Under the pieces are notes generated by a model, which was not told the DNA's origin, ran no database searches, and saw only the letters and a program-made list of their open reading frames with translations. Shown here in pieces: positions 7,642 to 18,700 of a stretch of 33,263 nt of DNA. Every line of letters starts with the position of its first letter. Position 1 is the first letter of the stretch. The translations under genes and the position numbers were made by a program. Where the stretch lies: contig JANJWY010000046.1 in NCBI GenBank assembly GCA_024709285.1, positions 1-33,263 on the forward strand, read 5' to 3'. This DNA is from Erysipelotrichaceae bacterium. GTDB taxonomy: Bacteria > Bacillota_I > Bacilli_A > Erysipelotrichales > Erysipelotrichaceae.

Positions 7642-10581
7642 ATGTTTTTGAAGAGAATCGAAATGCACGGATTTAAGTCGTTCGCTGACAAAGTCACGAT
7701 CAATTTTGATCATCCCGTGACTGGTGTCGTCGGTCCCAACGGATGTGGCAAGAGCAATATAACCGATGCCATACGCTGGGTTTTGGGGGAACAATCGGTT
7801 AAGTCCATGCGCAGTTCAACCATGACGGATGTCATTTTTACGGGCAGTGCCCAACGCAGAATGGTCAATATGGCAGAAGTAACGCTCGTGTTTGATAACA
7901 GCAGCCGTTCGTTGGCCAGTGATTATCATGAAGTAGAAATTACCCGCCGGATACACCGTAGCAGCCATGAAGGTGAGTATTATATAAACAAAGTTCCTTG
8001 CAGATTGAAGGATATTTTGGACTTGGTTACCGACAGCGGATTAGGACGTGATTCACTAAGCATGATTTCACAAGGAAGTATCAGTCAGTTTGCCGAAGCC
8101 AAACCTGCAGACAGACGGCTGATATTTGAAGAGGCTGCCGGAGTTGCCAAATATAAAAAGCGTAAACTGGAATCTTTGAGTAAGTTAGAACGTACCCAGG
8201 AAAATATGGATCGGGTATCAGATATCATCAGCGAGCTTGAAAGACAAGTGCTGCCATTGAAAAAAGCAGCAAAAAAAGCTGAAATTTATACTGAAAAGAA
8301 AAATGAACTTCAACAGATCGAAACGGCTGTATTAATTAACGATATTGACAGGCTAGATCAAGAAATTGATTCTGCAAACAAAACATTATTCGATTTGCAG
8401 TCGCGAAGTGTAATGGCAGAAACCACGATTCAGGTACATGAGACGGCGAATCAGGAAAACCGTCAGCTGACACATGATCTTGATCGTCAAATCAATGCCC
8501 TTCAAGATGAGATGTTAAAAACAGTATCAGAAATTCAGACACTTGAAACCCGTAAGATTGAGTTGGATGAAAAACGCAAATATACCATGGAAGTTGCGAA
8601 TGCGGAAGAGAAAGCAGTAGAACTGAAAGCATTATTGGAAGAAGCCAATGCAGAATTCAAAGACAGAGCTAACCGATTACGCCAATATCAGGCGGACATC
8701 GATTTATTTACCCAGCAAAGCATTGAAATTAATCGTCAGTTAGTTGATTTGCAATATGATGTGGATGAAACGCAAAGCCGGTTACGTCGTTTGAACTCAA
8801 GAAAAGATGTCCTGCAGAACATGCTTCAACGGCCGTTTATGTTGCAGGCAGGTGTTTCTGCTGTGCTGGATGCGAAAAATTCGTTGCCGGGCATTGAAGA
8901 TGTCGTTGCGAAAATCATTAAGCCGATGCAGGGTTATCAGGAAGCGGTATCGGTGGCTTTGGGTGGTGCTCAGTTCGACATCGTATGCAGTGATGATGTT
9001 TCAGCTCGACGGGCAATCAGTTTTTTAAAGAAAAATCAGAGCGGACGTGCGACATTTATACCCTTAAGTGTTCTTCAGCCAAGATCATTAAATCGTGATA
9101 TTCGCATCATATGCGAGAATACCGCCGGATTTCTGGGCGTGGCCAGTGAATTTGTGACATGTGAAGAGAAATTCCAATTAGTAAGCGATGCCTTTTTGGG
9201 TAATGTCATCATCAGTGATACATTGGAAAATGGAAATCAAATCGCTTCACTCATCCGATATCAGACAAAAATCGTTACTCTGGAAGGGGATGTGATCCAT
9301 CGGGGCGGAACGATGACCGGAGGCCGAGGGAAAGACCATGTGTCTTTATTGACGGTTTCAAAAGAAATGGATGAAGTTCAGATAAGCATCGACAATACCC
9401 TTGCACAACTCAATCAAAAAGAAGGTTCTCTGCAAAAGTCACGTAATCGCAAAAACGAGATTGATCAGCAATTGATGGAACGTCGGATTTCAGCTGCGCA
9501 AATCGAGCCGGTATTAGAAGCAAAGCGCGCAAAATATGAACGTCTGAAAAATGATTTGGAAACCCTGACTCCTTATATGGAAAGCGGTGAAGTCAGTTTT
9601 GCCGACAATTTGATTGACATGTTAAATAATGCTTATTCCCGAAGAGATGAGATAACGACTTCTATCCGGTTGAAAAGGGATCAACGCTTAAAACTTGGTT
9701 CGGAAATCGAACGTAAAGAGCAACAGATCCGTCAGATGCGGCGTGACTTGAATGCTATTGTGATTCGGGAACGGGAAGTGGGAATCGACCGTGCGAAAAT
9801 GGAAACAAAAGTTGAATCCTATTTACAGCGTCTGGCTTCCGAATATCAAATGACATACGATTATGCTAAAAGCATACGGGGTGATTTCATCGTTGAAAAT
9901 GCGAATGAGAAAGTCAAAGAGTTACGAAGTCAAATCGAAGCACTTGGTAATATCAATATGAATGCACCGGATGAGTTTGCTGAAGTCAATCAACGATACG
10001 AGTTCTTGAACGAACAACTACACCAATTGCAGGCCAGCCGTGACCAACTGCTGAAAATCATTGAAGATATGGATAAAGTAATGATCGATCAGTTTTCGGC
10101 AATGTTTGCCAGAATCAACCATGAACTGACAGATGTTTTCCATGCACTTTTCGGAGGCGGAAAATGTCGTTTGGTTTTGGAAGATCCCAACGATCTGCTG
10201 AATACAGGTGTGGATATCGATGTTCAGCCTCCGGGTAAAAACATTCAAAACATCCGTTTGTTTTCCGGTGGTGAAAAAGCGCTGATTGCCATTTCTGTGT
10301 TGTTTGCAATATTAAAGGCACGCCATGTTCCTTTATGCATTTTTGATGAAATTGAAGCTGCACTTGATCCAGGAAATGTCGAGCGATTTGCCAGATATCT
10401 GAAAAAGTTCAGCCAGATCACGCAGTTTATCGTAGTAACACATCGTCCGGGAACAATGGCGCAATGCGACATTCTGTATGGAGTAACCATGCCTCATCAC
10501 GGTGTATCGCAAATGTTGAAAGTTCGTTTGGCGGATGCAGTTGAACTTGCAGAAAGTGAGGAAGAACATGGGATTTCTTGA
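7642..10581 (+). CDS. smc: Chromosome segregation ATPase SMC (short 979-aa form)
   Basis: MFLKRIEMHGFKSFADK, Walker A GPNGCGKSN, long coiled-coil middle, signature LFSGGEKAL, Walker B LCIFDEIEAALD. GGAGGA RBS. Confidence 0.95.
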   Translation: MFLKRIEMHGFKSFADKVTINFDHPVTGVVGPNGCGKSNITDAIRWVLGEQSVKSMRSSTMTDVIFTGSAQRRMVNMAEVTLVFDNSSRSLASDYHEVEITRRIHRSSHEGEYYINKVPCRLKDILDLVTDSGLGRDSLSMISQGSISQFAEAKPADRRLIFEEAAGVAKYKKRKLESLSKLERTQENMDRVSDIISELERQVLPLKKAAKKAEIYTEKKNELQQIETAVLINDIDRLDQEIDSANKTLFDLQSRSVMAETTIQVHETANQENRQLTHDLDRQINALQDEMLKTVSEIQTLETRKIELDEKRKYTMEVANAEEKAVELKALLEEANAEFKDRANRLRQYQADIDLFTQQSIEINRQLVDLQYDVDETQSRLRRLNSRKDVLQNMLQRPFMLQAGVSAVLDAKNSLPGIEDVVAKIIKPMQGYQEAVSVALGGAQFDIVCSDDVSARRAISFLKKNQSGRATFIPLSVLQPRSLNRDIRIICENTAGFLGVASEFVTCEEKFQLVSDAFLGNVIISDTLENGNQIASLIRYQTKIVTLEGDVIHRGGTMTGGRGKDHVSLLTVSKEMDEVQISIDNTLAQLNQKEGSLQKSRNRKNEIDQQLMERRISAAQIEPVLEAKRAKYERLKNDLETLTPYMESGEVSFADNLIDMLNNAYSRRDEITTSIRLKRDQRLKLGSEIERKEQQIRQMRRDLNAIVIREREVGIDRAKMETKVESYLQRLASEYQMTYDYAKSIRGDFIVENANEKVKELRSQIEALGNINMNAPDEFAEVNQRYEFLNEQLHQLQASRDQLLKIIEDMDKVMIDQFSAMFARINHELTDVFHALFGGGKCRLVLEDPNDLLNTGVDIDVQPPGKNIQNIRLFSGGEKALIAISVLFAILKARHVPLCIFDEIEAALDPGNVERFARYLKKFSQITQFIVVTHRPGTMAQCDILYGVTMPHHGVSQMLKVRLADAVELAESEEEHGIS

Positions 10582-11533
10582 TCAGCTCAAAGAAAAGTTT
10601 ACTAAAAAAGCAGATAAAGATATATATCTTTCCGGGTTTGAACGGTCAAATCAGCTTCTTCGCAGTCGTATGTCCAATCTTTTCGATCTAAACCGAAGCC
10701 AGGATGAAGATTGGTTTGAAGAACTGATGATGGTATTGGTTGAAAGTGATATCAGTGTAAGTACAGCAAACAACATTATTGAAAAATTTAAAAAGGAACT
10801 TAAGAAGTCCGAGTTTTCAGTCAGTGAGTCCAAGCAGCTGTTGATATCAATCATGTCTGATTTCTATGGAGACTTTCCGTTGGATTTGATGTTGGCATTG
10901 CAAGGTCCGACTGTCGTATTGATCGTTGGCGTCAATGGCAGCGGTAAAACGACAACCATAGCCAAACTGGCACAAAAGTATAAAAATGAAGGTTTAAGCG
11001 TGGCGGTCGCTGCAGGTGATACCTTTCGGGCTGCTGCTATCGAACAGCTCAGTACTTGGGCAGCGCGCATCGGAGTGCCGTGTATCGCAGGCAAACCTCA
11101 ACAAGATCCGGCTTCTGTCATGGTGGATGCATGCCGGTATGCCAAAGAAAATAACATAGACGTCTTGTTGTGTGACACTGCCGGACGGCTTCAAAACAAG
11201 ACAAATCTGATGAATGAACTGGCTAAAATGTTTCGGGTGATCGGTCGTGAGATCGAAGGCGGACCGCATGCCGTGTGGCTGGTGCTTGATGCAACGACCG
11301 GTCAAAACGGTTTATCGCAAGCCAAAGTCTTTATGGAAGCAACGGAAGTCGGCGGTATCATTTTGACAAAAATGGACGGAACCGCTCGCGGAGGAATTGT
11401 CTTAACGATCAAAGAGGAAACGGGCATCGGCGTTATTTTCCTGGGACTTGGTGAGAAACCTGAAGATTTACGTCCATTCGACAAAGACAGTTATCTTTAC
11501 AGTTTGTTTGAAGGTAAAAACCATGTTCGATAA
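10568..11533 (+). CDS. ftsY: Signal recognition particle receptor FtsY
   Basis: GVNGSGKTTT, DTAGR and TKMDGTARGG SRP-GTPase motifs. I chose the start at MGFLDQLKEKF (GAGGAA RBS upstream). It overlaps the smc stop by 14 nt. Confidence 0.9.
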   Translation: MGFLDQLKEKFTKKADKDIYLSGFERSNQLLRSRMSNLFDLNRSQDEDWFEELMMVLVESDISVSTANNIIEKFKKELKKSEFSVSESKQLLISIMSDFYGDFPLDLMLALQGPTVVLIVGVNGSGKTTTIAKLAQKYKNEGLSVAVAAGDTFRAAAIEQLSTWAARIGVPCIAGKPQQDPASVMVDACRYAKENNIDVLLCDTAGRLQNKTNLMNELAKMFRVIGREIEGGPHAVWLVLDATTGQNGLSQAKVFMEATEVGGIILTKMDGTARGGIVLTIKEETGIGVIFLGLGEKPEDLRPFDKDSYLYSLFEGKNHVR

Positions 11534-11855
11534 AACCCGCCGGATGAATGATCTGCTGGACTGGTATGAGGAACTTTTGACTCAGCATCAGCGTGAGGTC
11601 ATGCATATGTATTATCACGATGACTATTCGCTTCGCGAAATCGCTGAAGTACTGAGTATAAGCCATAATGCCGTTTTTGATATCATTAAAAGAGTTGAGA
11701 AATTATTGAACACATTTGAAGAAAAAATCGGAGCTCTTGACTTTTATCAGAAAAATCAGCAAATGATCAGTGACTTAAAAGCTTTGAATGACGAGTCTGT
11801 CCGTGCTATAATAACCACGTTTGAAAATAATATCAAAGGAGAAAAAAATGAGTAA
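11523..11855 (+). CDS. ylxM: YlxM/UPF0122 small helix-turn-helix protein
   Basis: MFDKTRRMNDLLDWYEELLTQHQREVMHMYYHDDYSLREIAE is typical of YlxM. It overlaps the ftsY stop by 11 nt; the track start 11448 lies inside ftsY. Confidence 0.8.
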   Translation: MFDKTRRMNDLLDWYEELLTQHQREVMHMYYHDDYSLREIAEVLSISHNAVFDIIKRVEKLLNTFEEKIGALDFYQKNQQMISDLKALNDESVRAIITTFENNIKGEKNE

Positions 11856-13044
11856 AGTTATATCAGTAAATGCAGGAAGTTCATCCCTTAAATTTCAATT
11901 GTTCACCATGCCGGAAGAAACCGTATTGACCAACGGGATCGTTGAGCGAATCGGATTTGAAGATGCCATATTCACCATTAAATTTGATGGTCAGAAGGTA
12001 ACCGTCACACAGCCCATTGCTGATCACAAAGTAGCTGTATCTTTATTGCTTGAAGCATTGGTAAAACACGGCATCGTTGCTTCCCTTGATGAAATCGTAG
12101 GTGTCGGTCATCGTGTCGTTCATGGCGGAGAACTGTATTCGACATCTATTGAAATCGACGATAAAGTCGAATCAGATATCGAAAGTCTGTCAGATTTAGC
12201 ACCTTTGCACAATCCGGCAAACCTGATCGGATACCGCGCGTTTAAAAAAGAGCTGCCATTAGCTCGTCATGTCGCGGTTTTTGATACAGCGTTTCATCAG
12301 ACGATGCCGAAAGATATTTACATGTATCCCTTACCGATGGAGTTTTATAAGCAATATAAAATCCGCCGTTACGGGTTTCACGGTACATCCCATTTCTATG
12401 TATCCCAGCGTGTTGCTGAGTTAATGGGTAAAGCTGTTGAAACATTGAATATCATCACTTGTCACCTTGGTAACGGAGCTTCGATCTGTGCCATTCAAAA
12501 CGGTAAATCCGTAAATACTTCGATGGGATTTACACCTCTGGCGGGTATTATGATGGGCACGCGCAGCGGTGATGTCGATCCAGCGATTCTGACCTTCGTT
12601 ATGGACAAAACCGGTAAAAGCGCAAAAGAAGTCATCGATATTTTCAATAAGAAATCCGGTATGCTCGGTGTCAGTGAAATGTCTTCCGATGCTCGTGAAA
12701 TTGAACGGGCTTTTGAAGAAGGAGATCCAAGTGCAATTTTGACCCGCAACCTGTATGCCAACCGTATTGCTCAAACCATTGGCAGTTACTTTGTGCAAAT
12801 GGGAGGAGTAGATGCAATCGTATTTACCGGTGGTGTCGGTGAAAATGATTACGGTGTTCGCTATGATGTTACCAGCCGGATCGCTAAAGCATTGCACATT
12901 GAGTTTGACATCGATTTGAATCGCAAGGTCCGCGGTAAAGAGGTATTATTATCGAAAGAGAATTCAAAGGTTCAAGTGTGGCTTGTTCCGACCAATGAGG
13001 AATTGGTCATTGCCCGTGATACCTTTGCTTGTCTGGGATTATAG
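11848..13044 (+). CDS. ackA: Acetate kinase
   Basis: MSKVISVNAGSSSLKFQLF at the N-terminus, plus GFHGTSH and HLGNGASI motifs. AAAGGAG RBS. It overlaps the ylxM stop by 8 nt. Confidence 0.95.
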   Translation: MSKVISVNAGSSSLKFQLFTMPEETVLTNGIVERIGFEDAIFTIKFDGQKVTVTQPIADHKVAVSLLLEALVKHGIVASLDEIVGVGHRVVHGGELYSTSIEIDDKVESDIESLSDLAPLHNPANLIGYRAFKKELPLARHVAVFDTAFHQTMPKDIYMYPLPMEFYKQYKIRRYGFHGTSHFYVSQRVAELMGKAVETLNIITCHLGNGASICAIQNGKSVNTSMGFTPLAGIMMGTRSGDVDPAILTFVMDKTGKSAKEVIDIFNKKSGMLGVSEMSSDAREIERAFEEGDPSAILTRNLYANRIAQTIGSYFVQMGGVDAIVFTGGVGENDYGVRYDVTSRIAKALHIEFDIDLNRKVRGKEVLLSKENSKVQVWLVPTNEELVIARDTFACLGL

Positions 13045-13046
13045 TC

Positions 13047-14012
13047 ATGTTTGACGGATTACTGCACGAAATCGAAAAAGCACCGGTTATCTGTGTGTTT
13101 CGACATCTGATTCCGGATGCCGACGCTTTGGGCAGTCAGTGGGGACTGGTCGAATGGTTGCGGCTGACCTATCCGAATAAAAGAGTATTTGCTTTGGGTA
13201 AACATGTCGGTGTAAAACCGGAAATGTTTCCAGTCCCCGATCAAGTGAATGATGATGTGATTTCGGAGTCACTGGCCATTGTTTTAGATACGGCCAATGC
13301 CAAGCGTGTGGATGATCAGCGCTATCAGCTGGCAAAAACGATCATTCAAATCGATCATCATCCGCTTCATGAGACTTTTGGCAATAAGAAATATATTTTT
13401 GAACATCGGGCGGCTACCTGTGAGATCATAGCCGAATTTCTCGAGGCAAATGTAGTCAAGCCGCTGCCTAAAAAAATCGCAGAGTATCTTTATATGGGAT
13501 TGCTGACTGACACTCTGAGATTTTCGACGAACAACACCTCGGCGCATACATTGCGAATTGCCGCATATCTGGCTCAAAGTGATTTAAACTTTTCAAAACT
13601 CAACGAAGAAATGTTTTCAGTTTCATCTCAGGAATACCGTTTTTCCAATTACTTGCGCACCAATGCCGTCATTGAACCATGCGGGGTGGCCTATAGTTTT
13701 GTTACCCTTGAAACCATGGAGGAATTTGGCGTCAGTGCCAATGATGCAAAAGAACGCATCACCGATTTCGGTGGTGTACGAGATTTTGAAGCATGGGCAT
13801 TATTTATCGAACACAATGAAAACGGCCGTCGCTTTTTCAACGGATCGTTGCGATCAAAGCAGATTGCCGTCAATGATATTGCCCAGAATTACCGTGGGGG
13901 AGGGCATCGCAATGCCGCTGCCGTTAAGGAATGTTCTAAAGAAGAAGCTTTGGATATTATTGAGAAGTGCTGCTTACGAATAAAGGAGGCAAAGCACAAT
14001 GACACAGTTTAA
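13047..14012 (+). CDS. nrnA: DHH/DHHA1 phosphoesterase (NrnA-like nanoRNase / pAp phosphatase)
   Basis: DADALGS, IDHH and GGGH motifs in about 320 aa. The ATG lies 2 nt after the ackA stop. Confidence 0.75.
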   Translation: MFDGLLHEIEKAPVICVFRHLIPDADALGSQWGLVEWLRLTYPNKRVFALGKHVGVKPEMFPVPDQVNDDVISESLAIVLDTANAKRVDDQRYQLAKTIIQIDHHPLHETFGNKKYIFEHRAATCEIIAEFLEANVVKPLPKKIAEYLYMGLLTDTLRFSTNNTSAHTLRIAAYLAQSDLNFSKLNEEMFSVSSQEYRFSNYLRTNAVIEPCGVAYSFVTLETMEEFGVSANDAKERITDFGGVRDFEAWALFIEHNENGRRFFNGSLRSKQIAVNDIAQNYRGGGHRNAAAVKECSKEEALDIIEKCCLRIKEAKHNDTV

Positions 14013-15651
14013 ATTTAATTTTGGCAGTAGAATCCGGGTCAACCGAAGCACTCCGAAAAAAAACGGACATTTGTTAGCCGGAGTTCTTACGTTGGCCGGA
14101 CTGTTTGTTTATGATTATATTACGCTGCCCGCATGGAATTTCAGAAGCCCTGCATTTATCTTCATGTTGGCATTCGCGTTGTTTGCTTTTGCGACCATCG
14201 ATCAGATTTTTACACTGAGTATCAACCGTATCTCAAAAACGGCTTACATGCTTGGAACGCTTTTGATTGCCTATGTACTGGTGTTTGGCTTTCTGAGTTC
14301 TGAATTCCTCAATGCCAGAAAATTCCGTGAACAAATCGTCATCAAGGAGGTTAAAGATTTCTCCAGCGACTTTACCACGATTGCCCTGAACCGGATTCCG
14401 GTGGTTGACAAGGAAACGGCTCAACAATTAGGTGACAAACAAATCGGTACGATACAAGGGTTAGGATCTCAATACTATGTCGATCCTGAATACACTCTTG
14501 TCAGTTCATATGATCAGATTTTCCGTGTATCTCCGCTTCAATACCGTGAATTTTTCAAGTGGCTTCAAAACCGCGACGATGGAATTCCGGGATTTATTCG
14601 AGTCAATGTGACAAATCCGACGGATGTGACATTGGTTTCTTTGACCGAAGGAATGAGATATGCACCAAGCGCCTTTTTCTCGCAGGATTTACAAAGGCAT
14701 GTCCGGTTTAAATATCGCAGTAAAATCCTCAGTGAATACTCCTTTGAAATCGATGATTACGGGAAACCTTATTGGGTCATTTCGGTCATCGAACCGCAGA
14801 TCAATGTGTTTGGCGGTTTAAATGCCGTTGGAGCTGTCATCGTAGATCCGGTTGACGGAGATACTCAATATTACGATATCGATCAGTTGCCAAACTGGGT
14901 CGATCGTGTTCAGCCAACTGACATTGCTTGGGCGCAGATTGATAACTGGGGTTACTATATTAACGGTTTCATCAATACGCTTTTCAATCAGAAAGACATG
15001 TTACAGACTACCGAGGGCTATAACTATGTTTCCATTGAAGGTCAGACTCATGTTTTCAGTGGCTTGACATCCGTCGGATCTGATCGTTCAATCGTCGGAT
15101 TCGCTCTTATAAATCTAAGAAGCAGAGAAGCTACGTTTTATCGGATTGGCGGTGCTGATGAATATTCAGCAATGAGTTCTGCCGAAGGACAAGTACAGGA
15201 TTTGGGATATCGTTCGACATTCCCGATCCTTCTGAACATCTCGTCCATTCCGACTTATTTTGTTTCACTCAAAGATCAGGAAGGTCTGGTTAAGATGTAC
15301 TCATTTGTTGCCGTAAGCAACTATGCGGCCGTAGGTGTCGGTGGATCGATTGCTGATGCTCAACGGGATTATATGATGAGATTAAAGGAAGTCGGCATGA
15401 TCGTTGATGATCAGGAAACCTATAAAACGCTGAATCTGACAGTGGCGTCCGTTCACACAGCCATTGTTGATGGCAGCACGATTTACTATTTGACTTTTGA
15501 TGAGGATACCCGATTGTTCGTTGTACCGCTGTCTGTTTCTTTAGAAGTCGTCTTTGCTTCCGAAGGCGATGAAGTACAACTGAGTTTCTTCGATATTGAT
15601 GGCAATGTCATCATCGTTGATGAATTTGATCATCTGTCTGTGGATTATTGA
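13999..15651 (+). CDS. Membrane protein with 3 N-terminal TM segments and a ~450-aa extracytoplasmic domain, function unknown
   Basis: AAAGGAGG RBS. It overlaps the nrnA stop by 14 nt. I recognised no catalytic motif. Confidence 0.65.
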   Translation: MTQFKFNFGSRIRVNRSTPKKNGHLLAGVLTLAGLFVYDYITLPAWNFRSPAFIFMLAFALFAFATIDQIFTLSINRISKTAYMLGTLLIAYVLVFGFLSSEFLNARKFREQIVIKEVKDFSSDFTTIALNRIPVVDKETAQQLGDKQIGTIQGLGSQYYVDPEYTLVSSYDQIFRVSPLQYREFFKWLQNRDDGIPGFIRVNVTNPTDVTLVSLTEGMRYAPSAFFSQDLQRHVRFKYRSKILSEYSFEIDDYGKPYWVISVIEPQINVFGGLNAVGAVIVDPVDGDTQYYDIDQLPNWVDRVQPTDIAWAQIDNWGYYINGFINTLFNQKDMLQTTEGYNYVSIEGQTHVFSGLTSVGSDRSIVGFALINLRSREATFYRIGGADEYSAMSSAEGQVQDLGYRSTFPILLNISSIPTYFVSLKDQEGLVKMYSFVAVSNYAAVGVGGSIADAQRDYMMRLKEVGMIVDDQETYKTLNLTVASVHTAIVDGSTIYYLTFDEDTRLFVVPLSVSLEVVFASEGDEVQLSFFDIDGNVIIVDEFDHLSVDY

Positions 15652-15676
15652 GCGCGCAAGCGCTCTTCTTTATTTC
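15650..15676 (+). terminator. Rho-independent terminator
   Basis: Stem GAGCGC, loop GCAA, stem GCGCTC, followed by TTCTTTATTT. Confidence 0.65.
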
Positions 15677-15678
15677 TG

Positions 15679-15687
15679 TGATATAAT
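15679..15687 (+). promoter_or_regulatory. Extended -10 promoter element upstream of dnaE
   Basis: TGaTATAAT at 15679-15687. Confidence 0.4.
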
Positions 15688-15713
15688 ATAAATACATTGA
15701 AAAGAGTGATGTT

Positions 15714-18700
15714 GTGAGCGTTCATCTGTATACCTTAAGCCATTTTTCACTTCTGCAAGGGCTTATGTCTATAGAACAATTAGTAATTACCGCGAAGAAA
15801 CGCGGCTTTTCAGCAATTACATTAAGTGATTTAAATACTCTTTTTGGAGTACCGGAATTCATCAAGCAGTGTAAAAAACATGAAATAAAGCCTCTGATCG
15901 GCTGTATCATTGATTTTGAATATCAACAGCAATCTGTTCCTGTCATATTGATTGCCAAAAATCAAAAGGGCTATCAGCAGCTGATCCTTCAATCAACTTT
16001 AGCCAATCAGTCAAAGACTAAGGTTGCTCTGTCAGACACACTTAAAGACTATGACCAGCTCATCGCCATCGTTCTTTCAGAAGGCGGGTGGCTGGAAGGT
16101 GAGTTCATACAAAATGACCAGAAAGCACTTTATGATAAGCTGGATATCTTAAAATCGGTGTTCAGTGATATCTACATCGGATTGTCCACCAATGAGTCAC
16201 CCTTTTGGAAACAGCTGAATCAGTGGGCTAAAGGAATGATTGCCTCTAAGGGATTAAGAACTGTCGCCGTACCGAAAGTGTATTATGCGGATGAGGAAGA
16301 TTATGAGGCCTATCGGATCGTTCGAGGGATCCGATCGGGATTGACCATTAAAGATAAATCACTGATACATCAACCCCATCGCCATATGCTGGATACAAGT
16401 GAAATGGTAACCTTATACGACATTGATGATTTGATTGCCAGTGACGAAATCGCACAAAAATGTGATGTGATCGACATTAATAATATGACTTCATTACCGA
16501 AATTTCCTTTGAATGAGGGTGTCAACAGTAAACAGTATCTGACACAATTGTGTCTTTTCGGATTAAAGAAACGTTTCAACGGAGAAGTACCGGATGGATA
16601 TCATGCACGTTTGAAATATGAGTTGGAAGTCATAACTTCAATGAATTACGAAGATTACTTTCTGATAGTATGGGACTTGATCCGCTTTGCCAAAACACAG
16701 GGAATATATGTCGGTCCGGGAAGAGGTTCTTCTGCCGGCTCTCTTGTTGCGTTTGTATTGGGCATTACTCACGTAGATCCCATCGTATACGACTTGTTGT
16801 TTGAACGTTTCTTAAATCCCCAGCGCATTTCCATGCCTGACATCGATATCGACTTCCCTGATAACCGCAGAGATGAAGTGATTCGCTATGTCAAAGAGAA
16901 GTATGGAGAGAATCACATTGCCCATATTGTGACATTTGGTACTTTGGCAGCAAAGCAGTGTTTGCGTGATGTCAGCCGTGTATATGAAATTCCTTTAAGA
17001 GATGTGGATATGTTGAGCAAAGCGGTTCCTAATGCAATTAAGATATCACTTCAGGAAGCATACGATCAGTCTGACCGTTTTCGCACCGCACTTTCCTCGG
17101 ACATCGCTTTACAACGAGTTTTTGAAATGGCAAAACAGCTCGAAGGACTGCCTCGTCATGTGTCGACCCATGCCGCCGGTATCGTTATGTCCAAGTATCC
17201 GCTTCAAAAGGTTGTGCCATTAATTTCAGTCGAAGAAGATTTATTTTCAACCCAGTATTCCATGGAATATCTCGAAGACATCGGCTTAATTAAAATGGAC
17301 TTCTTGGGATTGAGAAACTTAACGATCATCGATGAAATCGTCAATCGGATGGATGTGTCCATTGACATACTGAAAATACCGCTCGATGATCAAAAGACGT
17401 ATCAACTGATCAGCAATGGCGATACGGTCGGTGTCTTTCAACTCGAATCCGAAGGGATGAAGTCATTGATTCGCAAAATGAAACCGGATCGCTTTGATGA
17501 TATCGTGGCAACCATCGCTTTGTTTCGTCCGGGTCCGATGGAGAATATTCCTTTGTATTTGAAGATGAAAGCAGAACCTTCGAAAATCACTTATTTGCTG
17601 CCACAATTAGAGCCAATCTTAAAATCTACCTACGGCATCATGATTTATCAGGAGCAAATCATGCTTGTGACCCAGCGGATTGCCGGTTTCAGTTTGGCGA
17701 AAGCAGATATCCTGCGCAAAGCCGTCAGTAAGAAAAAAGAAGATGAAATCCTAGCATTAAAACAGGATTTTATTTCCGGTTGTGTAAATAACGGAGTCAA
17801 TGAAAATGTTGCTATAACACTTTTCGATTTGATTTTGAAATTTGCAAATTATGGTTTCAATAAATCACATTCAGTGGCTTATGCACTTATTTCCTATCAG
17901 ATGGCTTATTTGAAAGCAAATTACCCGCTATTGTTTTATACCAGCCTTTTAACCAGTGTTATTGGTACGGAAGGGAAAACTTCAGAGTACCTGGATGAGT
18001 GCCGTCAGCGCGGTGTCAGAGTTTTGCCTCCTTCGGTAAATTCAAGTAAAGACAAGTTTGTCATCGAAGGAAAGGCGATCCGTTTTCCGATCGTTGCTGT
18101 TAAAGGAATCGGACAGGCTGCTTATTCGCTTCTGAAAAATGAACGCGATGAGCGTGGGATTTTTACCGATTATTATGATTTCGTTGCACGAATGCTTGTC
18201 CACAGGTTTCAGAGCAAGTGGATAGAGACACTGATCTATGCCGGTGCATTGGATGAGTTCAATCTGAGCCGGGCGACGATGATCGCGTCATTGGATGATG
18301 CAATCAGTTATGCTGATTTGGTGAGAATCGAGATCAGCGGTCAAAGCCGGATCGATCTTCAGCTGGTCAGCCGACCGATTCCAATCGTAGTAAAAGATCA
18401 GCCGTTATTGCGAAGTGAGAAGGAAAAGGAAGTTCTGGGATTTTACCTTGGAGAACATCCCTTGCTTTCTGTTCGGGCAAACAGTAAAATTAAGTATCCG
18501 CATATAAGTCAGCTGACGGGCAAAGTCGGTGATGTGACATTTATTGCGATGATACAGAGAGTCAAGACGCACCGCACCAAAAAAGGAGACATGATGGCTT
18601 TTGTCGGTGTCGGGGATGAAAGCAGTTTTATGGACTGTGTATGCTTACCCAATGTTTATCAGAAAGTCTGGGAGTTATTGCAAAAGGGAGCAATTGTTGA

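Noticed and set aside
12421-12897. A 158-aa minus-strand ORF (and 12495..12761) inside ackA.
   Set aside because: It is an antisense shadow of a confidently identified gene, with no RBS and a low-complexity, unrecognisable sequence.
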